55,516 nt of DNA. It comes from Burkholderiales bacterium. GTDB lineage: Bacteria > Pseudomonadota > Gammaproteobacteria > Burkholderiales > Burkholderiaceae_C. The stretch's first letter is position 1, and the number at the start of each line of letters is the position of its first letter. The stretch is from contig SXWY01000069.1 in assembly GCA_005789825.1 (NCBI GenBank), positions 1 to 55,516 on the forward strand. The letters run 5' to 3'. The notes beneath the pieces were generated by a model, which saw nothing but the letters and a program-made list of their open reading frames with translations, searched no databases and was not told where the DNA came from. This document shows, one piece after another, positions 41,993 to 51,534 of this stretch. Made by a program: the position numbers and the translations under genes.

Positions 41993-42915
41993 GCATCCAC
42001 CTTTTTCATGATGAAGCCCATGCGGGGAAAGTGCACATGCAATTTGCCCACTTGTGCATCGTTGCGTTCCAAAGTCAAACGGGTGCGCGTGGCCGCCACC
42101 AATTTGCCTGCGGTCGGTTCTGTGCCGAAACTCTCGGCCGCAACGGTGACTTCGGTGCCTAAGGGAATGCCGTGCTCGTCTTGAAACACGTCATCGGAAT
42201 GAGGCATAGGTTCAGCAGCGGCGGCTACTTGCAGTGCTTGCGCCGCGCTGATGGTGTGTTCTTTCCCATGTCCCCAAGCAGCCATGCGGTGCGCCCAGTC
42301 GCGCACCAAGGGGGTGGCGTCCAGTATGTGATCGATCACGGGCACTTTGACCAAGGTAAACCACACAGAGTGGTACACAGAAAAGTCTGCCAAACAAGGC
42401 GTATCGCCCAGTAAAAAGGGTTGTCCTTCCAGCATCGTGGATAGGCGGCGTAAATGGCTTTTGTACATGGCCGTGGCATCTGCTGGCGGCATGCGGGCAC
42501 CCCCGCCACGCATGGCTTTCCTGTCTTCGGCAAACACCTTGACCACCTCTGGAGGCATACCCGCCATCACGTGTTGTGCGCCTTGGGGTTGAAAGTTGTA
42601 TGCCATGGCCACCGGAAACAACAGGTTGTCAGCCCATTGCGCCACAGTTCTCACCAGGCCTTTCGGTGCAGCGTTGTAGAGTGATGGCGTGGGAACACTG
42701 TGCTCAATCACATCGCAAATCAAGGCGGTATCGCAGTAAATGTCTGCGCCGATTTGCAGCACAGGCGTTTTACGGTAACCGCCGGTCAAAGGCATCAAAT
42801 CCGGTTTGGGCATGACCATGGGGATTTCAACGCCCTGCCATTCGATGTGTTTATATCCAAAAATCAAACGGATTTTTTCAGCAAACGGCGAGGTGGGGTA
42901 ATGGTGAAGAATCAT
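41989..42915 (-). CDS. Glutathione S-transferase family protein
   Basis: HHYPTSPFAEK, KTPVLQIGADIYCDT and LADF motifs. Confidence 0.88.
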   Translation of the reverse strand: MILHHYPTSPFAEKIRLIFGYKHIEWQGVEIPMVMPKPDLMPLTGGYRKTPVLQIGADIYCDTALICDVIEHSVPTPSLYNAAPKGLVRTVAQWADNLLFPVAMAYNFQPQGAQHVMAGMPPEVVKVFAEDRKAMRGGGARMPPADATAMYKSHLRRLSTMLEGQPFLLGDTPCLADFSVYHSVWFTLVKVPVIDHILDATPLVRDWAHRMAAWGHGKEHTISAAQALQVAAAAEPMPHSDDVFQDEHGIPLGTEVTVAAESFGTEPTAGKLVAATRTRLTLERNDAQVGKLHVHFPRMGFIMKKVDA

Positions 42916-42921
42916 GCGGCC

Positions 42922-43935
42922 TCAAATCTTGACAACTTGCTTACCGAAATTTTTGCCCTTGAGCAAACCAAAAAATGCTTCAGGGGCATTGGCCAAACCG
43001 ACAGCCACGGTTTCGCGTGGTTTGAATTTTCCAGTGCCGACCAGTTCGCCGAGTTCTTTCAAAGCCACGGGCCAATCGGCGGGATGTTCACTGACGATAA
43101 AGCCTTGCACCTTCATGCGGTTGACCAGTATCAGCGAGGGATTGGCCATGGGTATGGGGTTGCCGTTGTACCCTGAAATCATGCCGCACACTGCGATACT
43201 GCTGAAATGGTTCATGCGCAACATGACGGCGTCAAGCACCATGCCACCCACATTTTCAAAATGCCCATCGATGCCGTCGGGACACACTTCCTTGAGTGCT
43301 TTGGAGAGGGACAAATAATCGCTGTGCTGTTTGTAATCTAGGCAAGCGTCGAAACCCAGTTCGTGGGTGACGTAATCGCATTTGTCTTTTCCACCGGCGA
43401 TACCGACAACACGACAACCCCGCGCTTTGGCCAAGGCACCAAAGGCGCTGCCAACCGCCCCACTCGCAGCGCTGACGGTCAAGGTCTGTCCCGCCTTGGG
43501 CTCCATGATGCGTACCAAGCCGTGCCATGCGGTCACACCCGGCATGCCCACAGCACCCAAGTAATGGCTGATGGGAACATGTGTGGTGTCAATTTTGCGC
43601 AGCATGCCCGGGGCGCTGGCATCGACCACGCTGTAGGTTTGCCAACCACCCATGCCCACCACTTTGTCGCCCGGCGCAAACCCGGGGTGGCGGCTTTCCA
43701 CCACTTCACCGACCGTGCCACCAATCATGACGCTGTTGAGCGGTTGCGGCAAGGTATAGCTTTTGACATCGTTCATGCGGCCGCGCATATAGGGGTCAAG
43801 GCTGAGGTATTCGTGTTTGACCAGCACTTGCTGATCGGCCAGCGGCGGTGTGTCGAGCGTGAGCAATTGAAAATTCTCGGCCAAGGGCTCGCCTTTGGGG
43901 CGACTGACCAAATGGATTTGCAGGTTTTGCGGCAT
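42922..43935 (-). CDS. NADP-dependent alkenal/double-bond oxidoreductase (MDR, CurA/PTGR-like)
   Basis: LSLDPYMRGRM, GMPGVTA, SAASGAVG and NFGKQVV motifs. Confidence 0.9.
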   Translation of the reverse strand: MPQNLQIHLVSRPKGEPLAENFQLLTLDTPPLADQQVLVKHEYLSLDPYMRGRMNDVKSYTLPQPLNSVMIGGTVGEVVESRHPGFAPGDKVVGMGGWQTYSVVDASAPGMLRKIDTTHVPISHYLGAVGMPGVTAWHGLVRIMEPKAGQTLTVSAASGAVGSAFGALAKARGCRVVGIAGGKDKCDYVTHELGFDACLDYKQHSDYLSLSKALKEVCPDGIDGHFENVGGMVLDAVMLRMNHFSSIAVCGMISGYNGNPIPMANPSLILVNRMKVQGFIVSEHPADWPVALKELGELVGTGKFKPRETVAVGLANAPEAFFGLLKGKNFGKQVVKI

Positions 43936-43975
43936 GTGTGTCTCCGTGGGAAATAGCGGTTATGTGAAAGAAAAA

Positions 43976-44788
43976 TCAAGCATCGTGTGAAGAATCTGAA
44001 CCACCGCAAATGGCGCTGACACCACCATCGACTGCCAGCCATTGCCCCGTGATGTGTTTGCCTGCATCGGAGGCGAACAACAAAGCCAAGCCTTTGAGGT
44101 CTTCGTCGTCACCCAAACGGCGCAACGGTGCATGCGACGCCAAGGTGTCTTCACCCAAAGTTTTCAGCAAACCCGCCGTCATTTTGCTGGGGAAAAATCC
44201 TGGGCAAATTGCATTCACGCGAATACCGTGTTCGCCCCATTCTCCTGCCAATGCGCGGGTGAAATTGATCACGGCGGCTTTGGAGGTGTTGTAGGCCAAG
44301 GTTTTCATGCCACTGGGGTTGCCGCCCAACCCGGCGATGGACGCCACGTTGATGATGCTGCCACTGTGGCGTGCAATCATGCTGTGCTTTCCCAAATATT
44401 GGCTCAGAATGAAATAGCCGCGCACATTGAGGTTCATGATTTTGTCCCAGGCTTCCAGCGGATGGTCTTCGGCAGGTGAGCCCCATGCCGCACCGGCGTT
44501 GTTAACCAGCACATCGACATGCCCAAACGCTTTCAAGGTTTCTGCGGCCAATCGGTGAATGTCTTTTTCATTGGCGCAATCAGCCGCTGTCCAATGCACA
44601 TCGATACCGGCGCTTTTCAGTTCAGCCGCCGCTGTTTGAAGGTCTGCCTCTTTGCGTGAACTGATCATGATGCGGGCACCGGCTTCGCCCAGCGCGCGGG
44701 CCAATTGCAAACCCAGTCCGCGAGACCCGCCGGTCACCAAAGCGGTTTTGCCAGTCATGTCAAAAAGTTGTTTCACAGTGCGTGTCAT
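43976..44788 (-). CDS. Short-chain dehydrogenase/reductase (gluconate 5-dehydrogenase-like)
   Basis: TGGSRGLG, NNAG, YNTSK and VDGG motifs. ATG at 44788. Confidence 0.9.
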   Translation of the reverse strand: MTRTVKQLFDMTGKTALVTGGSRGLGLQLARALGEAGARIMISSRKEADLQTAAAELKSAGIDVHWTAADCANEKDIHRLAAETLKAFGHVDVLVNNAGAAWGSPAEDHPLEAWDKIMNLNVRGYFILSQYLGKHSMIARHSGSIINVASIAGLGGNPSGMKTLAYNTSKAAVINFTRALAGEWGEHGIRVNAICPGFFPSKMTAGLLKTLGEDTLASHAPLRRLGDDEDLKGLALLFASDAGKHITGQWLAVDGGVSAICGGSDSSHDA

Positions 44789-44820
44789 GGTGTCTTTCCG
44801 TAATGAAGTGAGGGATGAAA

Positions 44821-46635
44821 TCAAAAAGCGTCTTCAGGCATCTGGGCGCAGGTGGCATCTTGCGATTGCACCACTTTCAGCCAAGCACTGATTTTGGGCA
44901 ATTCGTATTGAAAGAAATACTGACAGGCCAAACGCCTTCCGGTGTTTGCTGCCCCATCGCCTTGGCTGGCCAGACTCAGATCCAACCATATCCAAGCCAG
45001 CACGGTGTGACCAAAAGCCTGCATGTACGGCACAGCATTCGCCAAAGACAACGCAGGGTCATTGCCTTGCCAAGCATCGCGCGTGGCCTGACACACATCC
45101 GTCCAAGCGGATGTCAAAGCTTTCGACTGTTGAATCTGGTCGGCTGTGTTTGCGCGGGCACAAGTGGCGAGTATGCGCTGTCCCAGCATGTGCAGCCCCA
45201 AGCCATCTTGCAGCAACACTTTGCGTCCCAATAAATCCATGGCTTGTATGCCATGGGTGCCTTCGTGGATCATGTTCAATCGGTTATCGCGCCAATACTG
45301 TTCCACAGGAAAGTCTCGTGTATAGCCATAGCCTCCATGGATTTGAATGGCCAGGCTGTTGGCCTCCAGGCACCATTCGCTGGGCCAGCTTTTGATGATG
45401 GGCGTGAGCACCTCGAGCAACCATTGGGCTTGGTGTTTTTGATCTGCATCGCCAGTGTGTAATTCGTCGACCAAACGGGCGCCATACAAGCCCAGCGCCA
45501 GCGCCCCTTCACCGTAGGCTTTTTGAGCCAGCAACATGCGCTTGATATCGGCATGATCGATCAAGCGCACAGGTGGCATTTCGGGGTTTTTGCCTGCCGG
45601 ACCGACAGGCCGGCCTTGCGTGCGTGTGCGTGCATAGTCCAAGGAGGCGTAGTACCCCGCCAAGCCCAACATCGTGGCGGCCAGACCCACACCAATGCGC
45701 GCTTCATTCATCATGTGGAACATGCAACGCAAACCTGCGCCGGGTTGGCCGACCAAATACCCGATAGCGCCACGCTTGCCATGCGGCAAATAACGGCCTT
45801 CGCCGAAATTCAGCAAGGTGTTCACGGTGCCGCGCCAACCAAGTTTGTGGTTGAGCCCTGCCAAAGCCACATCGTTTCGTTCGCCGGTGAGTTCGCCATG
45901 CGAATTGACCATATGCTTGGGAACAATAAACAAGGAAATACCTTTGGTGCCCGCAACCGTCTTGCCGTCGGCCCCAGGAATTTTGGCCAACACCAAATGC
46001 ACAATGTTTTCGGTCAATTCATGGTCGCCGGTGGATATCCACATTTTGTTGCCTGTGAGCCGAAACCGCGGCCCCAGAGCATCCTCGGCATGGTCCTCGC
46101 CATCGGGCACAGCTCGGGTGGTGATGTCTGACAGCGATGAGCCCGCTTGTGGTTCAGACAAACACATGGTGCCGGCAAAGCGGCCGTTGAATTGGTTGAA
46201 GGCAAACACTTTGCGTTGCGCTTGACTGCCGTGTGCCATCAATAAATTGGCATTGGCCACCGTCAGCATGCTCGCGCCAATGCTCACTGAAGCGCACGCA
46301 AAAAATGCATTGGCTGCCGCTTCCACGGTGTAAGGCAACTGCATGCCGCCCACATCGTGGTCTTGGGCTGCGCTCAGCATGCCGCTGGCGGCATACGCAT
46401 TCAAAGCCTCTTGGGTACAAGCAGGCAATATGACTTTCTCGCCATCAAACACCGGTTCTTCGATGTCGACGGTGCGGTTGAACGGCGCGTATTTTTCGCG
46501 GGCCATGCGCTCACAGGTATCGAGCACCGCATCAAAGGTTTCGCGTGAATGGTCAGCAAACCGCTCACGGGTTTGCAATTCCTCTGTGTGGAGCCATTCG
46601 TACAGCAAAAAATCGACAGTGTTGCGCAAGGTCAT
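44821..46635 (-). CDS. Acyl-CoA dehydrogenase (about 600 aa type)
   Basis: MCLSEPQAGS, GNKMWIS, QIHGGYGY and IHEGT motifs. Confidence 0.93.
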   Translation of the reverse strand: MTLRNTVDFLLYEWLHTEELQTRERFADHSRETFDAVLDTCERMAREKYAPFNRTVDIEEPVFDGEKVILPACTQEALNAYAASGMLSAAQDHDVGGMQLPYTVEAAANAFFACASVSIGASMLTVANANLLMAHGSQAQRKVFAFNQFNGRFAGTMCLSEPQAGSSLSDITTRAVPDGEDHAEDALGPRFRLTGNKMWISTGDHELTENIVHLVLAKIPGADGKTVAGTKGISLFIVPKHMVNSHGELTGERNDVALAGLNHKLGWRGTVNTLLNFGEGRYLPHGKRGAIGYLVGQPGAGLRCMFHMMNEARIGVGLAATMLGLAGYYASLDYARTRTQGRPVGPAGKNPEMPPVRLIDHADIKRMLLAQKAYGEGALALGLYGARLVDELHTGDADQKHQAQWLLEVLTPIIKSWPSEWCLEANSLAIQIHGGYGYTRDFPVEQYWRDNRLNMIHEGTHGIQAMDLLGRKVLLQDGLGLHMLGQRILATCARANTADQIQQSKALTSAWTDVCQATRDAWQGNDPALSLANAVPYMQAFGHTVLAWIWLDLSLASQGDGAANTGRRLACQYFFQYELPKISAWLKVVQSQDATCAQMPEDAF

Positions 46636-46646
46636 GGGGTGACTTT

Positions 46647-46678
46647 AAAAGAAAAAAACCCGTCACGCAGGACGGGTT
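46647..46678 (-). terminator. Rho-independent terminator after the thiolase gene
   Basis: Perfect 8-bp stem AACCCGTC/GACGGGTT with a 6-nt loop, followed by a U-tract on the minus strand. Confidence 0.7.
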
Positions 46679-46700
46679 GTCTTGTGGATGACTGTCAAAT

Positions 46701-47876
46701 TCAGAGCACTTCAAACACGCCTGCAGCGCCCATGCCGCCGCCAATGCACATGGTGACACAGACGCGCTTGGCGCCCCGACGCTTGCCTTCAATCAGCGCA
46801 TGACCCGTCAGACGCTGGCCACTGACGCCGTAGGGGTGACCCACCGCAATCGCACCGCCGTTGACATTGAGCAATTCAGGCGGAATACCGAGTTTGTCAC
46901 GGCAGTACAGCACTTGCACAGCAAACGCCTCGTTGAGTTCCCACAAATCGATGTCGTTGATGGTCAAGCCCAGGCGTTTGAGCACTTTGGGAATGGCATA
47001 CACCGGACCGATACCCATTTCGTCGGGTTCACATCCGGCCACGGCAAAGCCCAAAAAACGGCCAAGGGGGTTAAGATTGTGCTTGGCGGCGTAGTCTTCA
47101 CTGGTGATCACGCAAGCACCGGCACCATCCGAGAACTGCGAAGCATTGCCAGCCGCAATCACGCCACCAGGTACCGCTGGCTTGATGCTGGAGATGCCTT
47201 CGGCTGTGGTGCCTTCACGCAGTCCTTCATCCACATTGACAGTGACTTGTTTGGTCATCATGCCCATGACTTTGTCGACCACGCCGGCTTGCACAGTGAT
47301 CGGTGCGATTTCATCGTTGAATTTGCCTGCCGCTTGGGCCGCGCAGGCCTTTTGTTGGCTGGCCGCGCCGTACTCGTCCATGCGGTCGCGGCCGATGTTG
47401 TAACGCTTGGCCACTTGTTCAGCGGTTTGTAACATGTTCCAGTAAATCTCTGGTTTTTTCTTCATCAGTGCGGGGTCAGAGAGCATGTGTTGGTTCATCT
47501 CTTGTTGCACACAAGAAATACTTTCCACACCACCTGCCACGTAGACATCGCCTTCGCCAGCGATCACGCGCTGTGAAGCCAATGCAATGGTTTGCAGACC
47601 CGATGAGCAAAAACGGTTGACGGTCAAACCGCTGACGGTGATGGGGCAATCTGCCATCAACGCAATTTGCCGGGCGATGTTGGCACCGGTCGCGCCCTCT
47701 GGGTTGGCACAACCCATGATGACATCCTCGACGTCGGCCGCATCAATGCCGGCCCGGGCAATGGCGTGTTTGACGGCGTGGCCACCCAAGGTGGCGCCAT
47801 GGGTCATGTTGAAAGCGCCTCTCCAGCTTTTGGCCAAGGGCGTACGTGCAGTGGAAACAATGACAGCGTTGGTCAT
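46701..47876 (-). CDS. Acetyl-CoA C-acyltransferase (thiolase)
   Basis: NRFCSSG, NEAF, GHPYG and CIGGGMG motifs. Confidence 0.95.
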   Translation of the reverse strand: MTNAVIVSTARTPLAKSWRGAFNMTHGATLGGHAVKHAIARAGIDAADVEDVIMGCANPEGATGANIARQIALMADCPITVSGLTVNRFCSSGLQTIALASQRVIAGEGDVYVAGGVESISCVQQEMNQHMLSDPALMKKKPEIYWNMLQTAEQVAKRYNIGRDRMDEYGAASQQKACAAQAAGKFNDEIAPITVQAGVVDKVMGMMTKQVTVNVDEGLREGTTAEGISSIKPAVPGGVIAAGNASQFSDGAGACVITSEDYAAKHNLNPLGRFLGFAVAGCEPDEMGIGPVYAIPKVLKRLGLTINDIDLWELNEAFAVQVLYCRDKLGIPPELLNVNGGAIAVGHPYGVSGQRLTGHALIEGKRRGAKRVCVTMCIGGGMGAAGVFEVL

Positions 47877-47885
47877 GGGAACTCC

Positions 47886-49988
47886 TTAATTGAATGTTTT
47901 GCCTTCAGCGACCAAGCGAGCGAGCAGAGGTGCTGGTTGCCAAAATGATGCGTCGTCGTGCGGGTTTTTTGCGAACCGGTTCATGGCTTGAACCATATTG
48001 AACAAACCAAAATGGTCCGCATACATCATCGGGCCGCCTCGGTAGATGGGAAAGCCGTAGCCAGTGATGTAGACCATGTCGATGTCGCTGGCACGCGCTG
48101 CAATGCCCTCTTCCAAGATATGCGCGGCTTCGTTGACCAAAGAAAACACCAAGCGCTGAACGATTTCATCGTCGCTGATTTTGCGGACCTCGATACCCAA
48201 GGACTGGCGATGGTTCGCGATCATGTCTTCGACTTCTTTGCTGGGAATCGCATCGCGCTTGCCAGCTTGGTAGTCATACCAGCCTTTACCCGCTTTTTGT
48301 CCAAAGCGGCCCATTTCGCACAACAAGTCTGCGGTCTTGCTGTATTTCATGTCGGGCTTTTCCAAGTAACGGCGTTTGCGAATCGCCCAACCGATGTCGT
48401 TGCCGGCCAAGTCGCCCATGCGAAACGGGCCCATGGCAAAGCCAAATTTTTCAACCGCCTTGTCTACCTGTTGCGGCGTGCAACCTTCTTCGATCAAGAA
48501 ACCCGCTTGGCGGCTGTACTGTTCGATCATGCGGTTGCCTATGAAGCCATCACACACACCCGAGACCACTGCGGTTTTCTTGATTTTTTTGGCGACCGCC
48601 ATGACCGTGGCCATGACGTCTTTGGCGGTGTCTGCACCGCGCACCACTTCCAGCAGTTTCATCACATTGGCTGGGCTGAAAAAATGCAAGCCGACGACGT
48701 CCTGCGGACGTTGTGTGAAATGGGCAATCGCGTTGACATCCAACGTAGAAGTATTGGAGGCCAGAATGGCACCGGGCTTCATCACTTCGTCGAGTTTTTT
48801 GAACACCTGTTCCTTGACACCTATCTCTTCGAAAACCGCTTCAATCACCAAGTCTGCGTCTTTCAAATCTTCGTAGTTCAAGGTGGTGCTGAGCAAGTCC
48901 ATGCGCTGTTTGAGTTTGTCCTCTTTGAGCTTGCCCTTTTTGACTTGCGCTTCATAGTTGCTGCGCATGATGCCGACACCTTTGTCCAAGGCCTCTTGCT
49001 TCGTCTCCAAAATTTTGACGGGAATACCTGCGTTGAGAAAATTCATGCTGATGCCGCCACCCATGGTGCCCGCACCGATCACGGCCACCGACTGGATGTC
49101 TCTTTGCGGTGTATCGGCGGGCACATCGTCGATTTTCGAAGCCGCGCGTTGGGCCACAAACAAATGGCGCAATGCACGGCACTCGGGCGTCCACATCAGG
49201 TTAGTGAAAATTTCGCGCTCTGCCGCCATGCCTTGGTCAAATTTCATCTTGGTGGCGTTTTGCACCGCTTCAATGCATTTGGGCGGCGCGGGGTATTTGC
49301 CTTTGGTCATGCCGTTGACCATGTTGTGGCTGAATTTGAAAAAAGCGTCTGCGTTGGGGTGCTTGCAAGGCAGGTTGCGAACCAGCGGCAGTGGCGAAGT
49401 GCCCACCACGCCTTGGGCAAATGCAATCGCTTCTTGCAGCAAACTGTCTTTGGATTCGGCCATTTGGTCAAACAATTTTTGTCCGGGCAACATGGCGAGC
49501 ATTTCGCTCTTGACAGGTTCACCGCTGACGATCATGTTCAATGCCGCCTCGACACCAATCACTCTGGGTAGGCGCTGGGTGCCGCCTGCGCCGGGGATCA
49601 ATCCCAACTTGACTTCGGGCAAAGCCACATCGCAACCCGGTGCAGCCACGCGGTAATGGCAACCGAGCGCCAATTCAAGACCGCCGCCCATGGCCACGCT
49701 GTGAATAGCTGCAACCACCGGTTTGCTGCAGTTTTCAATGGCAGAAATCACGCTGAGTAAATTTGGCTCTTGAAGCGCTTTGGGTGAGCCAAATTCTTTG
49801 ATGTCAGCACCGCCTGAAAAAGCTTTGCCTGCACCCGTGACCACGATGGCTTTGACCGCGTCGTCAGACACCGCTTGCTGCAACCCCTGCACGATGGCTT
49901 GTCGGGTGGCCAATCCCAGTCCATTGACGGGCGGGTTATTCATGGAGATCACGGCGACATCGCCATGAACAGCGTAATCAGCACTCAT
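47886..49988 (-). CDS. Enoyl-CoA hydratase / 3-hydroxyacyl-CoA dehydrogenase multifunctional enzyme
   Basis: Crotonase motifs GGGLELAL and PEVKLG, then GAGTMG, EAVFE, SNTS and HFFSPA. Confidence 0.94.
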   Translation of the reverse strand: MSADYAVHGDVAVISMNNPPVNGLGLATRQAIVQGLQQAVSDDAVKAIVVTGAGKAFSGGADIKEFGSPKALQEPNLLSVISAIENCSKPVVAAIHSVAMGGGLELALGCHYRVAAPGCDVALPEVKLGLIPGAGGTQRLPRVIGVEAALNMIVSGEPVKSEMLAMLPGQKLFDQMAESKDSLLQEAIAFAQGVVGTSPLPLVRNLPCKHPNADAFFKFSHNMVNGMTKGKYPAPPKCIEAVQNATKMKFDQGMAAEREIFTNLMWTPECRALRHLFVAQRAASKIDDVPADTPQRDIQSVAVIGAGTMGGGISMNFLNAGIPVKILETKQEALDKGVGIMRSNYEAQVKKGKLKEDKLKQRMDLLSTTLNYEDLKDADLVIEAVFEEIGVKEQVFKKLDEVMKPGAILASNTSTLDVNAIAHFTQRPQDVVGLHFFSPANVMKLLEVVRGADTAKDVMATVMAVAKKIKKTAVVSGVCDGFIGNRMIEQYSRQAGFLIEEGCTPQQVDKAVEKFGFAMGPFRMGDLAGNDIGWAIRKRRYLEKPDMKYSKTADLLCEMGRFGQKAGKGWYDYQAGKRDAIPSKEVEDMIANHRQSLGIEVRKISDDEIVQRLVFSLVNEAAHILEEGIAARASDIDMVYITGYGFPIYRGGPMMYADHFGLFNMVQAMNRFAKNPHDDASFWQPAPLLARLVAEGKTFN

Positions 49989-50016
49989 GTAGGTTCCTTG
50001 AGAATGGAGATGGATT

Positions 50017-50050
50017 AAAAAAGAACGATCGTACTTTTTTGCAGATTGTA
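50017..50050 (-). promoter_or_regulatory. 24-bp palindromic operator (TetR/FadP-like) next to a -10 box for the beta-oxidation operon
   Basis: AAAAAAGAACGATCGTACTTTTTT (50017-50040) with one mismatched pair; minus-strand TACAAT at 50050-50045. Confidence 0.6.
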
Positions 50051-50071
50051 GACCGAAGTTCTAGGCTTTTG

Positions 50072-50773
50072 TCAGACCTCGAGCCATTCTTTGCGAACAG
50101 CCGTGTCTTCCTTTAAACGGGCAGGCGTGCCATCAAACACCATGCTGCCGTGTCCCATGACCAAAGCACGGTCAGAGATTTGCATTGCAATGGTGAGTTT
50201 TTGTTCGATCAACAACACAGAAACACCCCGGTGACGAAGCTCTTGCAGAAACACACCAACTTGCTCGACGATTTTGGGCGCCAGCCCTTCGGTGGGTTCA
50301 TCGATGATGATGAGCTCAGGGTCGCCCATGAGGGTGCGACACAAAGTCAGCATTTGCTGTTCACCGCCAGACAACACGCCTGCTTCGGTGTGCTGGCGTT
50401 CCCGCAACCGTGGAAACAGCTGGTACATGTCTTCAAACTGCCAGCGACCTGTGGGAACTTTGCCTTTGAGGCCCAGCAACAAGTTTTGATGAACCGTGAG
50501 CTTGGGAAAAATATCGCGGTTCTCTGGCACATAACCAATACCCATGTGCGCGATGTCAAACGGTTTGCGATGGACCAAGCTCTGACCGTGAAAGGTCATG
50601 GTGCCGTGGCAATCTACCAAGCCCATGATGGCTTTGGCGGTGGTTGAACGGCCCGAGCCGTTGCGCCCAAGCAGCGCCACGATTTCGCCTTGCGCGATGT
50701 CAAAGCTCACACCTTGCAGCACATGGCTTTTGCCGTAATACGCATGGAGTTGGTCGATATGCAGCATATTCAA
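50072..50773 (-). CDS. Liv-type ABC transporter ATP-binding protein (LivF-like)
   Basis: GRNGSGRS, LSGGEQQML and DEPTEGL motifs. Confidence 0.9.
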   Translation of the reverse strand: MNMLHIDQLHAYYGKSHVLQGVSFDIAQGEIVALLGRNGSGRSTTAKAIMGLVDCHGTMTFHGQSLVHRKPFDIAHMGIGYVPENRDIFPKLTVHQNLLLGLKGKVPTGRWQFEDMYQLFPRLRERQHTEAGVLSGGEQQMLTLCRTLMGDPELIIIDEPTEGLAPKIVEQVGVFLQELRHRGVSVLLIEQKLTIAMQISDRALVMGHGSMVFDGTPARLKEDTAVRKEWLEV

Positions 50774-51534
50774 TGGCCCTGGTCCGGTGAACTGCCCAAA
50801 TAGGCCTCTTGTACCCGGGCATTGGCACGCACATTGTCTGGGGTGTCAAAAGCAATCACTTCACCATAGACCAATACCGCAATTTTGTCGGCCAAACCAA
50901 ACACCACGCCCATGTCATGTTCCACCGCCAGCAGGGTTTTGCCTTGTGTCACGGTTTTGATCAACGCGATGAAACGCTCGGTCTCGCTTTTGCTCATGCC
51001 CGCGGTGGGTTCATCCAGCAACACCACATCGGCACCGCCAGCCATGGTGATGCCGATTTCCAAGGCGCGTTGTTCAGCGTAGGTAAGATTCATCGCCAAC
51101 ACATTCCGCTTGTTTGCCAATTGGATCCGCTCCATCCACAGTTGTGCCAATTCGTTCGCGTCTTTCAAGCGGCTTAAAAATGACCAAAAGCTGTAGCGGT
51201 GTCCTAAGCTCCAAAGCACAGAGCAGCGCAGATTTTCAAACACACTCAACTTGGGAAAAATATTGGTGATTTGAAAACTGCGTGACAAACCTTGGCGGTT
51301 GATTTCAAAGGGCTTGAGTCCGTCAATGCGTTGCCCGTGCAAATGGATTTCTCCGCTGGTTGGCGCGAATCTGCCGCTGATCAAATTGAAAAGCGTGGAT
51401 TTGCCCGCGCCATTGGGGCCAATGATGGCCACTCGCTCTCCGGCTTGCACGCTTAAATCAACCCCGCGGATGATTTGTGTTTTGCCAAATTGCTTGTGCA
51501 GGTTGCGCAAAACCAAGGAAGGCGATTGGCTCAC
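50770..51534 (-). CDS. Liv-type ABC transporter ATP-binding protein (LivG-like)
   Basis: GPNGAGKS, LLDEPTAG and VQEAYLG motifs; GTG start overlaps the upstream TGA. Confidence 0.9.
   Translation of the reverse strand: MSQSPSLVLRNLHKQFGKTQIIRGVDLSVQAGERVAIIGPNGAGKSTLFNLISGRFAPTSGEIHLHGQRIDGLKPFEINRQGLSRSFQITNIFPKLSVFENLRCSVLWSLGHRYSFWSFLSRLKDANELAQLWMERIQLANKRNVLAMNLTYAEQRALEIGITMAGGADVVLLDEPTAGMSKSETERFIALIKTVTQGKTLLAVEHDMGVVFGLADKIAVLVYGEVIAFDTPDNVRANARVQEAYLGSSPDQGH

Noticed and set aside
47958-49571. 537-aa plus-strand ORF
   Set aside because: Antisense shadow of the hydratase/dehydrogenase gene; no recognisable motifs, and explained by codon bias.
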